Below, one piece after another: positions 62,001 through 63,805 of a DNA stretch of 63,805 nt. This stretch comes from Candidatus Magasanikiibacteriota bacterium (lineage in GTDB: Bacteria; Patescibacteriota; Patescibacteriia; Magasanikbacterales; GWA2-37-8). The stretch is from assembly GCA_041666265.1 (NCBI GenBank), contig JBAYHH010000004.1, forward strand, positions 1 to 63,805. The letters are read 5' to 3'. Numbering within the stretch: position 1 is the first letter of the stretch; each line of letters begins with the position of its first letter. Below the pieces are notes generated by a model. It ran no database searches. It saw only the letters and a program-made list of their open reading frames with translations, and was not told the DNA's origin. The position numbers and the translations under genes were made by a program.

Positions 62001-63805
62001 GCGCAATTTAACAAGGGCGCACGGTGGATGCCTTGACACTAAAAGACGATGAAGGACGCCGCAGGGTGCGATAAGCCTCGGGGAGCTCCCAAGCAAGCTT
62101 TGATCCGTGGATTTCCGAATGGGGAAACCCAGCTCAATTTATTGAGTTATCGCGTACTGAATTCATAGGTGCGCGAAGTACACCTGGCGAAGTGAAACAT
62201 CTCAGTAGCCAGAGGAAAAGAGAACACAGTTATTCCCTTAGTAGTGGCGAACGAACAGGGAACAGTCTAAACCATTTAAATGTTTTTACGAGTAATGCTT
62301 AGTCGCAAGATTATTCAGACTCGTTAATTAAAGGCACAGGCCGTTGTTTAAGTGGTGTTGTAAGAGGTAAGCGTGGTCTTCCTGTTTAAGACCGTTAATT
62401 AATTGACTTTCATAGTTGAATCCTTTGGAAAGAGGAGCCATAGAGGGTAATAGCCCCGTAACGCGAAATGAGTTAAAAAATTATTGCTTATGATCTTAAG
62501 TAAGACGAAACTCGTGAAATTTCGTCTGAACCAAGGCCGACTATGGTCTAAGACTAAATACTTTTAGTGATCGATAGTGGACTAGTACCACGAGGGAAAG
62601 GTGAAAAGCAGCCCGGAGAGGGCGATGAAATAGTATCTGAAACCGTGTGTCTACAAAGAGCCGGAGGCCGCAAGGCCGACGGTATTCCTATTGAAGAATG
62701 AGCCTGCGAGTGTGATGTATGTCGCTTGCTTAAACCCCTCTGGGGTGGAGGCGCAGCGAAAGCGAGTCTTAACGGGCGCGCCCCGCGTAAGCGGGGTAAA
62801 GTGACATGCACATAACCCGAAACCGGGTGAGCTATCCATAGCCAGGGTGAACCTCGACGAAAGTCGAGGGGAGGCCCGAACTCACGCGCCGTGCAACACG
62901 CGGAGATGAGCCGTGGATGGGAGAGAAATTCTAATCGAACTCGGTGATAGCTGGTTATCCTCGAAATAGCTCTAGGGCTAGCCTTGAGAGTTTCTATTGG
63001 TGGTAGAGCACTGGATGAGAATTGGGTCCTTCGGGATACCGTTTTCAACCAAACTCCGAATGCCAGTAGCCAGATCTCAGGAGTCAGACGGTGACGGCTA
63101 AGCGCCATCGTCAAAAGGGGAACAGCCCAGATCGCAGTCTAAGGTCCCTAAATTCATGTTAAGTGTAAAAGGTGGTGTTAACTCTTATACAACCAGGAGG
63201 TTTGCTTAGAAGCAGCCATCCTTTAAAGAAAGCGTAACAGCTCACTGGTCAAGAGTTTTCGCGCCGAAAATGTACCGGGGCTCAAACATGATACCGAAGA
63301 CGCGAACTTGATTATTAATTTATTAGTAGTCAATTGGTAGAGGATTGTTCGAAGCGTGCTGAAGCCATAGGCGTGAGCCGTGGTGGAATGCTTCGAAGTA
63401 AGAATGCAGGCATAAGTAGCAAGAACTAATGTGAGAATCATTAGCGCCGAAAATCCAAGGTTTCCTGGGCAACGCGAATCGTCCCAGGGTTAGTCGGTCC
63501 TAAGGCGAGGCCGAAAGGCGTAGTCGATGGATGAGCGGGTCAATATTCCCGCACTGAATTAAGTTTGATTATTAGTGCGCATTTTTCAACTCTCAGCGTG
63601 TATTGATTTGCACGCGGCGCAAGCCAGAGTCGAAGCCTTCGGGCGGAAGCGATTGAGAGAGCGGAAGTGCCTAGAAAAGCTAATCGTCGTTAAGCTTAAT
63701 TTATCCGTACCGTAAACCGACACAGGTGGATAGGTCGAGAAGACCAAGGCGTACGAGAGAACCTTCGTTAAGGAACTCTGCAATACAGCGGCCGTAACTT
63801 CGGGA
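62001..63805 (+). rRNA. rrl: 23S rRNA, 5' ~1.8 kb (continues past the window end)
   Basis: Landmarks recalled from E. coli 23S: ACGGTGGATGCCTTG at 62021, GATTTCCGAATGGGGAAACCC, GTACCGTAAACCGACACAGGTGG, and a window end at ...CCGTAACTTCGGGA (about E. coli position 1670-1680). Confidence 0.93.

Noticed and set aside
62554-63114. 186-aa ORF (and other short ORFs at 61899-63783) inside the 23S rRNA
   Set aside because: It lies wholly within sequence that matches conserved 23S landmarks, so the open frame is fortuitous.
62001-63805. Intron or large insertion in the 23S rRNA (common in CPR)
   Set aside because: The distance from the ACGGTGGATGCC landmark to the CCGTAACTTCGGGA landmark is only about 130 nt longer than I recall for E. 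coli. The excess is spread over variable helices (for example 62275-62400 and 63560-63700). There is no ORF-bearing or group-I-like insert in this part. Downstream domains are outside the window.

Overview
This is a 63.8-kb bacterial chromosomal fragment read with the standard genetic code. Its gene content and layout (tiny housekeeping operons, many genes without a Shine-Dalgarno sequence, pilin-like paralog expansions, a 23S rRNA with no 16S upstream) suggest a small-genome CPR/Patescibacteria-like organism; that placement is inference only. The window has three parts. (1) Bases 1-19.9 kb are visibly AT-rich accessory DNA that ends exactly at a tRNA-Ser(UGA) gene. This block holds transporters, a phage-derived segment (ParB-methylase, a second methylase, TerS/TerL), an AbiL-like ATPase+RloB operon and two paralogous large serine recombinases. 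It also holds a 5.4-kb element flanked by direct repeats, carrying a phiX174-type rolling-circle Rep, an Ltp-like exclusion lipoprotein and a recombinase whose stop codon lies inside the tRNA. (2) Bases 20-61 kb are GC-richer backbone: rpsF-ssb-rpsR, epmA-efp, ruvB, ahcY, galU, rpsO-pnp, speA-speB, a transaldolase, envelope/glycan genes and six tRNAs. Embedded here are a type IV pilin-like minor-pilin operon (40-43.8 kb) and a striking array of 11 paralogous VirB2/TrbC-like two-helix 'pilin' genes (46.6-54.2 kb). Four of these carry unrelated cysteine-rich modules with even cysteine counts. Several families of nested palindromic (MITE/REP-like) repeats punctuate the backbone. (3) Bases 62.0-63.8 kb are the 5' ~1.8 kb of a 23S rRNA. 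Its upstream neighbour is a transaldolase gene rather than 16S/tRNA. I found no CRISPR array. The two best candidates for something new are the diversified pilin array and the tRNA-integrated Rep+serine-recombinase element. All family assignments come from reading the translations and from memory, not from searches.
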